Positions 28,863 through 38,422 of a stretch of DNA of 64,000 nucleotides are shown here, in pieces. Source of the stretch: Candidatus Eiseniibacteriota bacterium (GTDB taxonomy: Bacteria; Eisenbacteria; RBG-16-71-46; JABDJR01); the NCBI GenBank assembly GCA_963783375.1, contig CAWANH010000017.1, positions 32,001 through 96,000 of the forward strand, read 5' to 3'. Below the pieces are notes generated by a model. The model was not told where the DNA came from and did not search any database. It was given only the letters and a program-made list of their open reading frames with translations. Within the stretch, counting starts at the first letter, position 1; every line of letters begins with the position of its first letter. The position numbers and the translations under genes are program-made.

Positions 28863-29885
28863 ATGCCCGTTTCGTCTCACCTCGACGGCAAGATCGTCAC
28901 CGTCTCCCGCTTCATCATGGAGCAGGAGCGCAACTACCCCGAGGCCACCGGCGAGTTCTCCGATCTTCTGTCCGAGATCATGCTGGCCGGAAAGATCATC
29001 CACCGGGAGGTGAGCAAGGCCGGCCTGCTCGACCTCCTGGGGAAGACCGGCGACACCAACGTCCAGGGTGAGGAGGTGCAGAAGCTCGACGCGTTCGCGC
29101 AGCGCGTGATGTACCAGACCCTCGATCACACCGGGCACCTCTGCGCCATGGCCTCCGAGGAGGAGGAGGGAGTCCTCACCATCCCGCCCGAGTATCCGTG
29201 CGGGAAGTACGTCCTGAACTTCGATCCTCTCGACGGCTCCTCCAACATCGACGCCAACGTCTCCATCGGCACCATCTTCTCCATCCACCGGCGGGTGACC
29301 CCCGGGGACGGCCCGGGGACCGAAGAGGACCTCATGCAGGCCGGCCACCGGCAGGTCTGCGGGGGATACCTGGTGTACGGTTCGAGCACCATGCTGGTCT
29401 ACACCACCGGCCAGGGGGTGCACGGGTTCACCTACGATCCCTCGGTGGGCGAGTTCCTCATGAGCCACGAGAACATCCGCATCCCCAAGAAGGGGAACAT
29501 CTACAGCGTGAACGAGGGAAACGCCATCCGCTGGGACGAGGCCACCCGGCGCTACATCGAGTTCCTCAAGAACGGCGACCGCGAGGACCATCCCTACAAG
29601 GGCCGCTACATCGGAAGCCTGGTCGCCGACGCCCACCGCACCCTGCTCTACGGCGGCATCTTCCTCTATCCCGCGGACTCCGGGCATCCCCGGGGAAAGC
29701 TCCGCCTCCTCTACGAGGCATCCCCCATGGCCTTCATCGTGGAACAGGCCGGGGGGATGGCGGTGGACGGAAAGCGCCGCATCCTCGACATCGAGCCCAC
29801 CAAGCTCCACCAGCGCACCCCGCTCATCATCGGGAGCGACGAGGACGTGAAGGAGTACATGCGGTTCCAGAACGGCGAGATGTAG
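28863..29885 (+). CDS. fbp: Fructose-1,6-bisphosphatase class 1
   Basis: NVQGEEVQKLD, ASEE, FDPLDGSSNIDANVSIGTIF, RYIGSLVAD, GKLRLLYEASP. Confidence 0.97.
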   Translation: MPVSSHLDGKIVTVSRFIMEQERNYPEATGEFSDLLSEIMLAGKIIHREVSKAGLLDLLGKTGDTNVQGEEVQKLDAFAQRVMYQTLDHTGHLCAMASEEEEGVLTIPPEYPCGKYVLNFDPLDGSSNIDANVSIGTIFSIHRRVTPGDGPGTEEDLMQAGHRQVCGGYLVYGSSTMLVYTTGQGVHGFTYDPSVGEFLMSHENIRIPKKGNIYSVNEGNAIRWDEATRRYIEFLKNGDREDHPYKGRYIGSLVADAHRTLLYGGIFLYPADSGHPRGKLRLLYEASPMAFIVEQAGGMAVDGKRRILDIEPTKLHQRTPLIIGSDEDVKEYMRFQNGEM

Positions 29886-29915
29886 ATCTCCCGCGGGCCG
29901 GTTCCCGGCCGGGGG

Positions 29916-31358
29916 TCAGAGCCCGGCGATGGGAAGGTTGAAGACCAGCAGGATCTCGCCCTTCCCCCCGGGGTTGGCGCTCAGGGCCAGCGCCGGTTGC
30001 GCGGGGCTCCAGGCCATGAAGGCCGGGGCCCGGGGGGGATCGAACACCGAAACCGTGACCGGCGATCCCGTGACCGTCAGGCGCAGGTCGTTCGGTGGTT
30101 CCCCCGCCGGCCCCCACAAGGTGGCCACCGGCTGGTTCCCCCAGCCTCCCCAGGCCGGAGCGGTGTAGGCGCCGTCGTCGTCGGCCAGGGTGTCGGCGAG
30201 GGCGGTTCCCTCGGTGAAGATGGGGATGGTGAGGAGCGCCCCGTCCTTGACGAAGGCGATCGCGGAGCCGTCGGGCCGGAAGGCGGGAAGCTTTCCCCGG
30301 AAGGTGGTGGCGAATCGCGGCCCATCGGTGATGCCGTCCGCGAACTCGCTCCAGAAGATCTGGATGGCCGAGGGTTCCTCGGACGGGGTCGACGCATAGG
30401 CCAGGCGGGGAAGGGCGACGGCGGTCGCCGGCCCGTAGCCGGAGAACACCTGCTCGGAAGGCGTCCCCACGCTGTCGATCCGGCCGTCGTTGTCCCGGTC
30501 GGCCACCGCCACGCTGTAGATGTTCCCGGCGTCGGTCACGTAGAAGAGCCACTTTCCGTCCCCGGAGAGGGCGACCGGTTCGTTCACCTTGACCCCGGTG
30601 AGGAGCCGAAGCCCGTTCGGGGTGCCGGTCCGCGGGTTCAGGGCCGAGGTGAAGATCCCGGATCCCTCGGCGGTGCGGGCGCTGTACACCATTCCGAAGC
30701 CGGTCGGGAGCCAGGCCACCCCGCCGATCTCCAGGAAATCGTCCCGCCCCAGGTTCAGGATTTCGAAGTCGCTCTTCCGGGTGGAGAAGGTCACCGTATC
30801 CACCCGGCCGTGGACCAGGGTGACGGAGGTGGGGTTCTGCTCGTAGATGAACGCGTTCTCGGACACGCGCACCGGGTGGCCTCCGGGAGGCAGGGGATCG
30901 AAGGTATGCGGGGTGACGAAGGAGGTGGGTTGCAGGTCCAGGGTGATGTTGGCCCCGGGAGGGTCGGAGTCCACGACGAGGACCGCGTTTCCCACCCGAA
31001 CGGTGACCGACCCGTCCACCGTGAACTCCCCGTCACTGATCTCGACCGTCAACGTGTAGGTGCCCGGAGTCATGGGCGCGGTCCAGATCGTCCCGTCCGT
31101 GGTCGAGTCCGCATAGCTCCCGGCGTCCGCCCGCCAGCGGATCTGCACCGGGTCGCCGTCGGGATCGCCGCCCAGGAGGGTGACCCGAAGGGACCCGCCC
31201 AGGATCACCGCGCTCGGGCGGGCCACCACCTCCTGCAGACGGGGGGGGTGGTTCTGGGGAGCGGTCACGTCGTTTCCGCCGCATCCCGGGCCGGCGAGGC
31301 ACAGGGCGGCGACGAGCGCGAGCGGGGCGAGGCCGGATCGGTCGATGCGCGCGTTCAT
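29916..31358 (-). CDS. Lipoprotein with Ig-like, PEGA and TolB-like beta-propeller domains
   Basis: Lipobox GPGC; NHPP..DPDGD..WTAP; VDSDPPGANITLD (PEGA); PAFRPDGSAIAF and WSP repeats. Confidence 0.75.
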   Translation of the reverse strand: MNARIDRSGLAPLALVAALCLAGPGCGGNDVTAPQNHPPRLQEVVARPSAVILGGSLRVTLLGGDPDGDPVQIRWRADAGSYADSTTDGTIWTAPMTPGTYTLTVEISDGEFTVDGSVTVRVGNAVLVVDSDPPGANITLDLQPTSFVTPHTFDPLPPGGHPVRVSENAFIYEQNPTSVTLVHGRVDTVTFSTRKSDFEILNLGRDDFLEIGGVAWLPTGFGMVYSARTAEGSGIFTSALNPRTGTPNGLRLLTGVKVNEPVALSGDGKWLFYVTDAGNIYSVAVADRDNDGRIDSVGTPSEQVFSGYGPATAVALPRLAYASTPSEEPSAIQIFWSEFADGITDGPRFATTFRGKLPAFRPDGSAIAFVKDGALLTIPIFTEGTALADTLADDDGAYTAPAWGGWGNQPVATLWGPAGEPPNDLRLTVTGSPVTVSVFDPPRAPAFMAWSPAQPALALSANPGGKGEILLVFNLPIAGL

Positions 31359-33115
31359 GAGCGGCTCCGCTTGTCAGGGTCGCTGGGCGACACCATCACC
31401 GTTTTGTGTTGTCCCACGGTGACCGTTCCCACCGGGGCCTTTCGCGGGCGGCGGACGTGCCGCTTCTCGGTCACCACCACCGGCACCTTTCCCGACCCCC
31501 GCGCCTTGGAGAAGAAGGCGGCGATGGAGGCCGCGGCCAGGACCAGCTCGCGTGGAGCCTCCCGTCCCTTCTCGTGGTGGCGAAGCACGACGTGGGAGCC
31601 CGGGGCCTGGTCGGCGTGCATCCAGATGTCCCCGGGGCGAGCCAGCTCCAGGGTCAGCACCTCGTTCCCGCGGTTGCTCTTTCCCACCAGGACCTCCCAT
31701 CCGTTCCCCAGATCATAACGCCGGGGGCGAAGAGCGGAGGTGAGCCGGTCTTCGGGTCCGCCGTCGGGTTCCGGGGGGAGTTCCTCGCGGGGGAGGTTGA
31801 CCCCGAGCTTCTGCGCCTGGTCGATCCAGGCCCGGCCGGGGCCCTCGGGGCCGGCCTCGGCGAGGCGGGCGGCGAGGTCGCGGAGGGCGTCGAGCCGCCT
31901 GGCCAGCTCCCGCCGCCTCCGTCCCGCCTTCCCCGCGCTCCGTTCCGCCTTCTTGGCCCGGTTGAAGTAGTGCTCGGCGTTCTCGCCGGGATTCCGGGTG
32001 GGGTCGAGCTCCACGGTGAGCGTCTCCTCGCTCCGGGGATCGGGAAGCTCGGCCCGTTCCGCCCCGCGGGGGATGGTGTGGACCGAGGCCAGGATCGCCT
32101 CGGCCACCCGGCGGTAGCGCGGCGCCTCCTCGACCTCGCGCTCGTCCCGGTCCACCGCGGCCAGCCCCCGCTCGGTCCGCTCGATGGCCTGGTGGAGGGG
32201 CTTCCCGAGCGCGCCCTGGGGCGCACTCTGCCGGCGCTCGCGGAACCGGCGGTGGGCGGCGGCCACCGCGGCGGAGGCGGTCGGGTAGCCCGGTGCGCGG
32301 GCGGCCGGGGCTTCCGACCCGGCGGCCGACCGGAAGACCAGGGCCTCGCCGGCGCCGGTGACGGTGGGGGAGGAGCGCGGGCCGGCGGTCCGGCCGGCCC
32401 CGCCGGGGTGGACCGCATCCAGGAACGCGAGCCAGGTCCGGGCGAGGGCGTCGGGGTGCTTCTCGGGATCGGGGCCGGCGGCGCGCCAGACCTCCTCCGC
32501 GGTGGCCGGTCCGAGGCCGGTCCAGGCGTCCACCAGGGCGCGGGGGTCCGGGCCGCGTTCCTTCAGGGCTTCCTGGACCGCCCGGGTCAACGCGGCGGGG
32601 TCGTCGCGGGTCGCGTCGGCCCGGTCGTTCCGGGGGAGTGCGTACGCCGCTCCCGGGGCCAGCCGCCGGGGCGCGCGCCGCGAGCGGTCGTCGCGGAGAC
32701 GATCCAGAATGCGGGCGGCCCAGGGATCCTCCCCGTCGGTGATGAGGAGGTTTCCGCCTTTCCCGGTCAGCTCCACCACAAGGTGGACGCGCTTGGGATC
32801 GCCCAGGCGGTCGCGCCGCTCGAAGGCGAGGGCGACCACCCGGTCCAGTCCGGCCTGAACCGCTCCCGCGAACCGGCTCCCGGCCAGGGCCTTCTCGATG
32901 GCTCGGGCGAAGGGGGGAACGGACTCGGCGGCCTGGGCTTCGCTCGGGGCGGGGAAGAGCGCGTTGTGCTCGGGGTGGACGCAGGCCACCAGGGTCACCG
33001 CCTTCTCGAGCCGCAGGTGGAACTCGAAGGGGTCCAGGGCGGCGGCCGATTCGAACCGGAGGCCGCGATAGGGATGGAGCTCGGCCGCCACGGCCCGAAG
33101 CGTGAGGGAGTTCAT
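31355..33115 (-). CDS. rqcH: Ribosome quality control protein RqcH (NFACT/FbpA family)
   Basis: GLDRVV, VELTGKGGNLLI, ENAEHYFNRAKK, VGKSNRGNE..WMHA..PGSHVV, VRRPRKAPVGTV. Confidence 0.85.
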   Translation of the reverse strand: MNSLTLRAVAAELHPYRGLRFESAAALDPFEFHLRLEKAVTLVACVHPEHNALFPAPSEAQAAESVPPFARAIEKALAGSRFAGAVQAGLDRVVALAFERRDRLGDPKRVHLVVELTGKGGNLLITDGEDPWAARILDRLRDDRSRRAPRRLAPGAAYALPRNDRADATRDDPAALTRAVQEALKERGPDPRALVDAWTGLGPATAEEVWRAAGPDPEKHPDALARTWLAFLDAVHPGGAGRTAGPRSSPTVTGAGEALVFRSAAGSEAPAARAPGYPTASAAVAAAHRRFRERRQSAPQGALGKPLHQAIERTERGLAAVDRDEREVEEAPRYRRVAEAILASVHTIPRGAERAELPDPRSEETLTVELDPTRNPGENAEHYFNRAKKAERSAGKAGRRRRELARRLDALRDLAARLAEAGPEGPGRAWIDQAQKLGVNLPREELPPEPDGGPEDRLTSALRPRRYDLGNGWEVLVGKSNRGNEVLTLELARPGDIWMHADQAPGSHVVLRHHEKGREAPRELVLAAASIAAFFSKARGSGKVPVVVTEKRHVRRPRKAPVGTVTVGQHKTVMVSPSDPDKRSRS

Positions 33116-33221
33116 GATCGCGGATTGTAGCAGCCGGGGAATGCCGGGGCGGTCTTTGCGGGCGGCGCCCCTGCGGGTCGGCGCTCCGCGCGCGCCGGGG
33201 TCGCGCGAGGCGCGCTCCGAA

Positions 33222-33250
33222 TTGACAGAACCCCCCGGCCCGCGTAGCTT
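33222..33250 (+). promoter_or_regulatory. Sigma70 promoter for the yicC operon
   Basis: TTGACA-17 bp-TAGCTT. Confidence 0.6.
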
Positions 33251-33389
33251 CCCCGTACCCCCGGAAAGTCGGGCGAGCCCCCGAGGCCGTCCCCTTCCCG
33301 GGACCCGTGAACGAGTCCGGGCCGACGGGCCCGGCGCCCAGGCGCTTCGGCCGGCGTCGCGACGACACCCGCGCCGGCGAGGAGGTCCC

Positions 33390-34271
33390 GTGATCCGCAG
33401 CATGACCGGATTCGGCCGGGCCGAGCTCGAACGCCGCGGCCGCACCCTGGTGGCCGAGGCGCGATCGGTGAACCACCGGTTCCTCGAGGTTTCCCCCCGA
33501 CTGCCCCGCGGCCTGCAACCCTACGAGGACAAGCTTCGCTCCTTCCTCGGCGAGCGGCTGAACCGCGGGAAGGTGAATCTCACCGTCACCTGGAAGGGGG
33601 GCGGCGAGGAGGGGGGCGTGCTCTCGGTGGACATGGACCTCGCCCAGCGCTACGTGGACATCCTCCAGGAAGTGCGCGGGCGCTTCGCCTTCCGGGACGC
33701 GGTCACCCTCGGCCAGCTCATGAATCTCCCCGACGTGATCAAGTGGAGCGAGCCCGACCTGGAGCCGGAGGAAGCCTGGACGTTTCTCAAGGACGCGGTG
33801 GCGCGGGCGGTGGACGACCTGGTGGCCATGCGGGAGTCGGAGGGGGAGGCCCTGGCCCGCGACCTCCGGGCCCGGATGGAGACCATCCGCGCCTCCCTGG
33901 CCGAGGTGGAATCCCGGGCCCCGGCGCGGGTCAAGGAAGCCAAGGAGCGGCTCCACGCCCGGTTGACCGAACTCCTCCAGGGGGAAGCCACGGTGGACCA
34001 GGAGCGCCTCCAGGTCGAGGCCGCGTTCCAGGCCGATCGGCTCGACTGCACCGAAGAGGCGGTGCGGCTCCGCTCCCACGTGGACCAGTTCGAGACGCTG
34101 CTCGAGGAGGGCGGCCCGGTGGGGCGGAAGCTCAACTTCCTCACCCAGGAGATGAACCGCGAGGCGAACACCATCGGCTCCAAGGCCAACGACGTGGAGA
34201 TCGCCCGGCACGTGATCCAGCTCAAGGAGAACGTCGAGATCGTCCGCGAGCAGATCCAGAACCTGGAGTGA
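33390..34271 (+). CDS. yicC: YicC/YloC family endoribonuclease
   Basis: IRSMTGFGR, RSVNHRFLE, RGKV, GRKLNFLTQEMNREANTIGSK, REQIQNLE; RBS GGAGG. Confidence 0.95.
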   Translation: MIRSMTGFGRAELERRGRTLVAEARSVNHRFLEVSPRLPRGLQPYEDKLRSFLGERLNRGKVNLTVTWKGGGEEGGVLSVDMDLAQRYVDILQEVRGRFAFRDAVTLGQLMNLPDVIKWSEPDLEPEEAWTFLKDAVARAVDDLVAMRESEGEALARDLRARMETIRASLAEVESRAPARVKEAKERLHARLTELLQGEATVDQERLQVEAAFQADRLDCTEEAVRLRSHVDQFETLLEEGGPVGRKLNFLTQEMNREANTIGSKANDVEIARHVIQLKENVEIVREQIQNLE

Positions 34272-34281
34272 CCGGCGCGCG

Positions 34282-34905
34282 ATGACCCCGGACCCCGAAC
34301 CCTTCAACGGCCTCCCCCAGAGCCCCCCCATGGTGATCGTGATCTCCGGCCCGAGCGGGGTGGGAAAGACCGTGATCTGCGACCGGCTCCTGACCCTCGA
34401 ACCCGCGCTGGTGCGCTCGATCTCCGCCACCGTCCGCCCCCCCCGATCCGACGAGACCGACGGGGTGGACTACCACTTCTGGAGCGAGGCGCGTTTCCGG
34501 AAGGGGATCGCCGAGGGCCACTTCCTGGAGTTCGCGGAGGTCCACGGCCGTCTCTACGGCACCCCCCGCGCCCCCATCGAGGAACACCTCCGCGCCGGCC
34601 GCTCCCCGGTGATGAACGTCGACGTCCAGGGCGGCCACTCGGTGAAGCGGATCATGCCGGAGTCGGTGCTCATCCTCATCGCCCCCCCGTCCATGGCGGT
34701 GCTGGAGAAACGGCTCCGCGGCCGGGGCACCGACAGCGAGGAGGTGATCCGCCAGCGGCTGGAGAACGCCCGCGGCGAGCTGGCGGAGTGGCGGCGATAC
34801 GACTACGCGGTGGTGAACGACCGGCTGGGGGAGGCGGTGGAGCAGGTGCGGGACGTGGTGGCGGCCGAGCGCTGCCGGGTGGGCCGGCTCCGGCAGGGGG
34901 GGTGA
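34282..34905 (+). CDS. gmk: Guanylate kinase
   Basis: ISGPSGVGKT, E.DGVDYHF, FLEFAEVHGRLYGT, RLRGRGTDSEE. Confidence 0.96.
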   Translation: MTPDPEPFNGLPQSPPMVIVISGPSGVGKTVICDRLLTLEPALVRSISATVRPPRSDETDGVDYHFWSEARFRKGIAEGHFLEFAEVHGRLYGTPRAPIEEHLRAGRSPVMNVDVQGGHSVKRIMPESVLILIAPPSMAVLEKRLRGRGTDSEEVIRQRLENARGELAEWRRYDYAVVNDRLGEAVEQVRDVVAAERCRVGRLRQGG

Positions 34906-35129
34906 CCGGCCGGGGTCGCCGTCGGGGCCGGGGTTCCTTCGGGCCCCGGTGTCCGCCGGCCGAGGCCTCGATAAGCGCTCACCGGGGCGCGGGTTAGCCA
35001 TGGCGCGAGGGGCGGCGTTGCCCGCGCCCCTCCCCTGTGATATCCTTGTTCGCTCGCTGGAGCATTCCCGGAAACCCCTGCTTCGATGGATCCGCCGCGC
35101 CCCATACCACCGCGGCGGCGAGGGCACCG

Positions 35130-35384
35130 ATGAACAAGTACGAAATGGTCATGATCGCCGCGCGTGAGGCCCGGCGGTTGAACGACATCGCGCGGATGAG
35201 CCAACGCGACCTCAAGGTCCGTCCCACTTTCCTGGCCTGGAAACTCCTCCACGAGGGGAAGATCAAGTTCACCTTCTCGAGCGAGCCGTTCGACCCCGAG
35301 GCGCCGATCGAGGGACTCATTCCTCCCGCCGCTCCTCCGGTGGTCGAGCAGCCGGAGGAGGACAGTAGCGAGGTCGAAGCCTAG
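35130..35384 (+). CDS. rpoZ: RNA polymerase omega subunit
   Basis: NKYEMVMIAAREARRL..EGKI; position between gmk and coaBC. Confidence 0.8.
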   Translation: MNKYEMVMIAAREARRLNDIARMSQRDLKVRPTFLAWKLLHEGKIKFTFSSEPFDPEAPIEGLIPPAAPPVVEQPEEDSSEVEA

Positions 35385-35424
35385 ACGACCTTCGCATCGC
35401 GGGCTCAGGTCGCGCTCGGGCCCC

Positions 35425-35462
35425 GGCCGGAGGTAGAATACCTCCGGCCTTTTGCTATTTTT
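35425..35462 (+). terminator. Rho-independent terminator after rpoZ
   Basis: GGCCGGAGGTA-gaa-TACCTCCGGCC followed by TTTTGCTATTTTT. Confidence 0.8.
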
Positions 35463-35549
35463 GGGGAGGTGGGAGGCCGGCGCGCGGGGCGCCGGCGGTG
35501 ACGAGACGCGACGCGGAGGCCCGCGCCGCGACAGGAAACGAGCCGGGAC

Positions 35550-36821
35550 ATGAAGCTCAAGGACAAGAAGATCGTGCTGGGGGTGACGGGGGGCATCGCC
35601 GCCTACAAGGCCGCGGAGCTGTTGCGGCTCTTCATGCAGGAGGGGGCCGAGGTCCACGTGGTCATGACCCGGGCCGCGGCCCGGTTCGTCGCCCCGCTCA
35701 CCTTCCGGGTCCTCTCCGGGCATCCCGTTCTCACCTCTCTCTACGAGGACGAAACCGGCTCCGGCCACGCCGACGAGAGCGGGGTGGAGCACATCGAGCT
35801 GGTGAAGGACGCCGATCTCATGGTGATCGCGCCGGCCACCGCCAACTCCCTGGCCAAGGGGGCGTGGGGCCTGGCCGACGACGCACTCTCCACCGTGCTG
35901 GTGGCGGCGGGGACGGAAATCCTCTGGGCCCCGGCCATGAACCATCGCATGTGGAAGAATCCGGCGACCCAGGACAACGTGAGCCGGCTCCGCCACCTCG
36001 GCCACCAGATTCTGGAACCCGAGGACGGCTGGATGGCCTGCCGAGAGTTCGGGAAGGGAAGGATGGCCGAGCCGGTCACCATCCTGCAGCAGGTCACCGA
36101 GCTGATCGGCCATCCCCAGGACTTGGCCGGGGTGCGGGTCCTGGTCACCGCCGGCCGCACCGAGGAGCCGCTCGACCCGGTCCGGATCATCACCAACCGC
36201 TCCAGCGGTAAGATGGGGGTGGCCCTGGCCGAAGAGGCGGTCTCGCGCGGGGCCGAGGTTACGCTGTTGGCCGGGCCCATGGACGTGCCGCCCCCGGAGG
36301 GCGTACACCTGGAGCGGATCACCACCGCCCGGGAGCTCTCCGACGCCGCCGGCCGCCTGTTCGGCGAGTGCGACGTCCTGGTCATGGCGGCGGCGGTGGG
36401 GGACTTCCGGTCCACCCGCGAGGAGATGCAGAAGATCCGCCGCGGCGATCGGGAGGTCCAGATCGACCTCACCGCCAACCCGGATATCCTGGGGGGGCTG
36501 GCGGAGAAGCGGCAGGGGGGACAGGTCCTGGTGGGCTTCGCCCTGGAAACCGAGGACGCGGAGGAAGCGGGAAGGAAGAAGCTCAAGCGGAAGGGCGTCG
36601 ACCTCCTGGTGGTCAACAACCCCGGCGAGCCGGGCGCGGCCATCGGCGGGGACACCAACGTGGTCACGCTCCTCGAAGCGGGGAAACCCGGCCGGCGGCT
36701 CCCCGTGCTTCCCAAGCGGGAAGTGGCCCAGCGCATTCTGGATTGGGTGGTGGCGCGACGGAGCGTCCCGCCGAGGAGGGAAGCCGGTGAGCGATCTTCA
36801 CGACGAGCTCGCAGCACTTAG
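35550..36821 (+). CDS. coaBC: Bifunctional phosphopantothenoylcysteine decarboxylase/synthetase
   Basis: GVTGGIAAYKA, APATAN, PAMN, LVTAG.TEE.LDPVR.ITNRSSGKMG, AAVGDF, VGFALET. Confidence 0.96.
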   Translation: MKLKDKKIVLGVTGGIAAYKAAELLRLFMQEGAEVHVVMTRAAARFVAPLTFRVLSGHPVLTSLYEDETGSGHADESGVEHIELVKDADLMVIAPATANSLAKGAWGLADDALSTVLVAAGTEILWAPAMNHRMWKNPATQDNVSRLRHLGHQILEPEDGWMACREFGKGRMAEPVTILQQVTELIGHPQDLAGVRVLVTAGRTEEPLDPVRIITNRSSGKMGVALAEEAVSRGAEVTLLAGPMDVPPPEGVHLERITTARELSDAAGRLFGECDVLVMAAAVGDFRSTREEMQKIRRGDREVQIDLTANPDILGGLAEKRQGGQVLVGFALETEDAEEAGRKKLKRKGVDLLVVNNPGEPGAAIGGDTNVVTLLEAGKPGRRLPVLPKREVAQRILDWVVARRSVPPRREAGERSSRRARST

Positions 36822-37771
36822 CGAGGAGTTCCGCCGCCATCTGGCCCGCGAGCGTGGGAAGGGTCGGCGGCACTTGAACTCGTCCGCGCTGAAGGAAGCG
36901 GTGGCGCGGCCGGCGCCGAGGCCTCGGCAGGCGATCGTCGGCGCGGAAGCGGCGCCGCCGCGGCCCAAGGCTCCGGCGGACTCCCCGCCTCGATCCCCGG
37001 CCCCGCCGGCTTCGACCGCCTCCCGCCCCGCCCCCGTCCCCCGGCCGGCTTCGGGTGAATTGCGCTCCGCGCCTTCTCCGGTGAGTCCCGCCGGATCCGG
37101 GGCGGCCCGGCCGGTGACCGCGGGCGCGCGCCCGGTCCCGGCCTCCGGCGGGGATCGCGGCAAGAAGCTCCCGCGGATCGACGTCGAGCCGCCGACCCGC
37201 CGATCGCGACGAGCGGATGGCCCGGCTGGCCGAACTCGCCGCCGAGGCCGCGGGCTGCACGAAGTGCGGTCTCTGCGAAACGCGGAAGTCGGTGGTGTTC
37301 TCGCGGGGGAAGGCGGGAAACCGCGTGATGTTCGTGGGGGAGGCGCCGGGAGCCAACGAGGACGAGCAGGGTCTTCCCTTCGTGGGCCGTGCCGGAAAGC
37401 TCCTGGATCAGATCGTCGACGCCATCGGATTCGATCGCGACGAGATCTACGTGGCCAACATCCTCAAGTGCCGTCCCCCGGGAAACCGCGACCCCAAACC
37501 CGAGGAGATCGCCTCCTGCACGCCGTACCTCGAGCAGCAGATCGAGCTGATCCAGCCCAAGATCATCTGCGCCCTGGGCCGGTTCGCGGCGGGGTTCCTG
37601 ACCGGGAACCCGGGCGCTCCCATGGGCCGGCTTCGCGGGAAGATCCACTACTACCGCGATCGCATCATGGTGCTCCCGACCTATCACCCCGCGGCGTTGC
37701 TTCGCAACCCGCAGTGGAAGCGCGTGGTCTGGGAAGACGTGCAGCTTCTGCGCCGGGAATATCTGCGCTGA
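36787..37771 (+). CDS. udg: Uracil-DNA glycosylase family 4 with Pro/Ala-rich N-terminal extension (frameshift near 37195; catalytic domain 37217-37771)
   Basis: CTKCGLC, VGEAPGANED..PFVGRAG, KCRPPGNRDP, TYHPAALLR. Confidence 0.88.
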
Positions 37772-38131
37772 TTCAAGCCGGCGCGGGAGCCGGTCGGGTC
37801 GGGTCCCCTGGACCGGTTCGGGGTGGCGGATCGTGACCGAACCGGTGCCCCCACGCCCGGTCCCTGAAAGTGGCCCGGCGAGCCGCTTCTCCACCGAGTT
37901 TTCCGCATCGCGCGAACTTCGTGCCGCCGCCGGCGGAAACCCGACGCACTCAACCCCATGATGTACAGCGGATTACCGGGAGGAAACTTTTTTTATGGAT
38001 CGTGCCGAAGCGGGCGCCGAGTTTTCCCCAGGTCGAGGGGGAGAAGTGGAAAAGGGCGGAACGGTGACGATTCGGCGGGACGCGCCCGCGTGCGCGCCCG
38101 CCGGGCCGAATCTCCGTGTCAAGGGTTCTCC

Positions 38132-38160
38132 TTTCCACACCGTTCTCACCGCGCTAGACT
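38132..38160 (+). promoter_or_regulatory. Putative dnaB promoter overlapping a DnaA-box-like motif
   Basis: TTTCCA-17 bp-TAGACT; the -35 lies within CTTTCCACA (38131-38139). Confidence 0.4.
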
Positions 38161-38422
38161 TTGCTGCGCCGAAAGTTTTGCTTCGACTTTCCCCGTCGAT
38201 TAGTCTCGGCCGGACGGCTTCCGACCGGACTCTATTGAACCGGTCGTCGACGCCGCGGCGAGACCCTTCAACGTCTCACCCGTTCGACAAGTTGGCAGGG
38301 TCGCGCCGTGCCCGGACGGCGCGCGAACGGAACCCGAGACCGTAGGCCCGATCCGCAACCGGCTCGCCCGCTCCTGGAGGGCAGGGCGGGCGGCGCCGCG
38401 GATCGGTCGACAGGGGAGTCCT

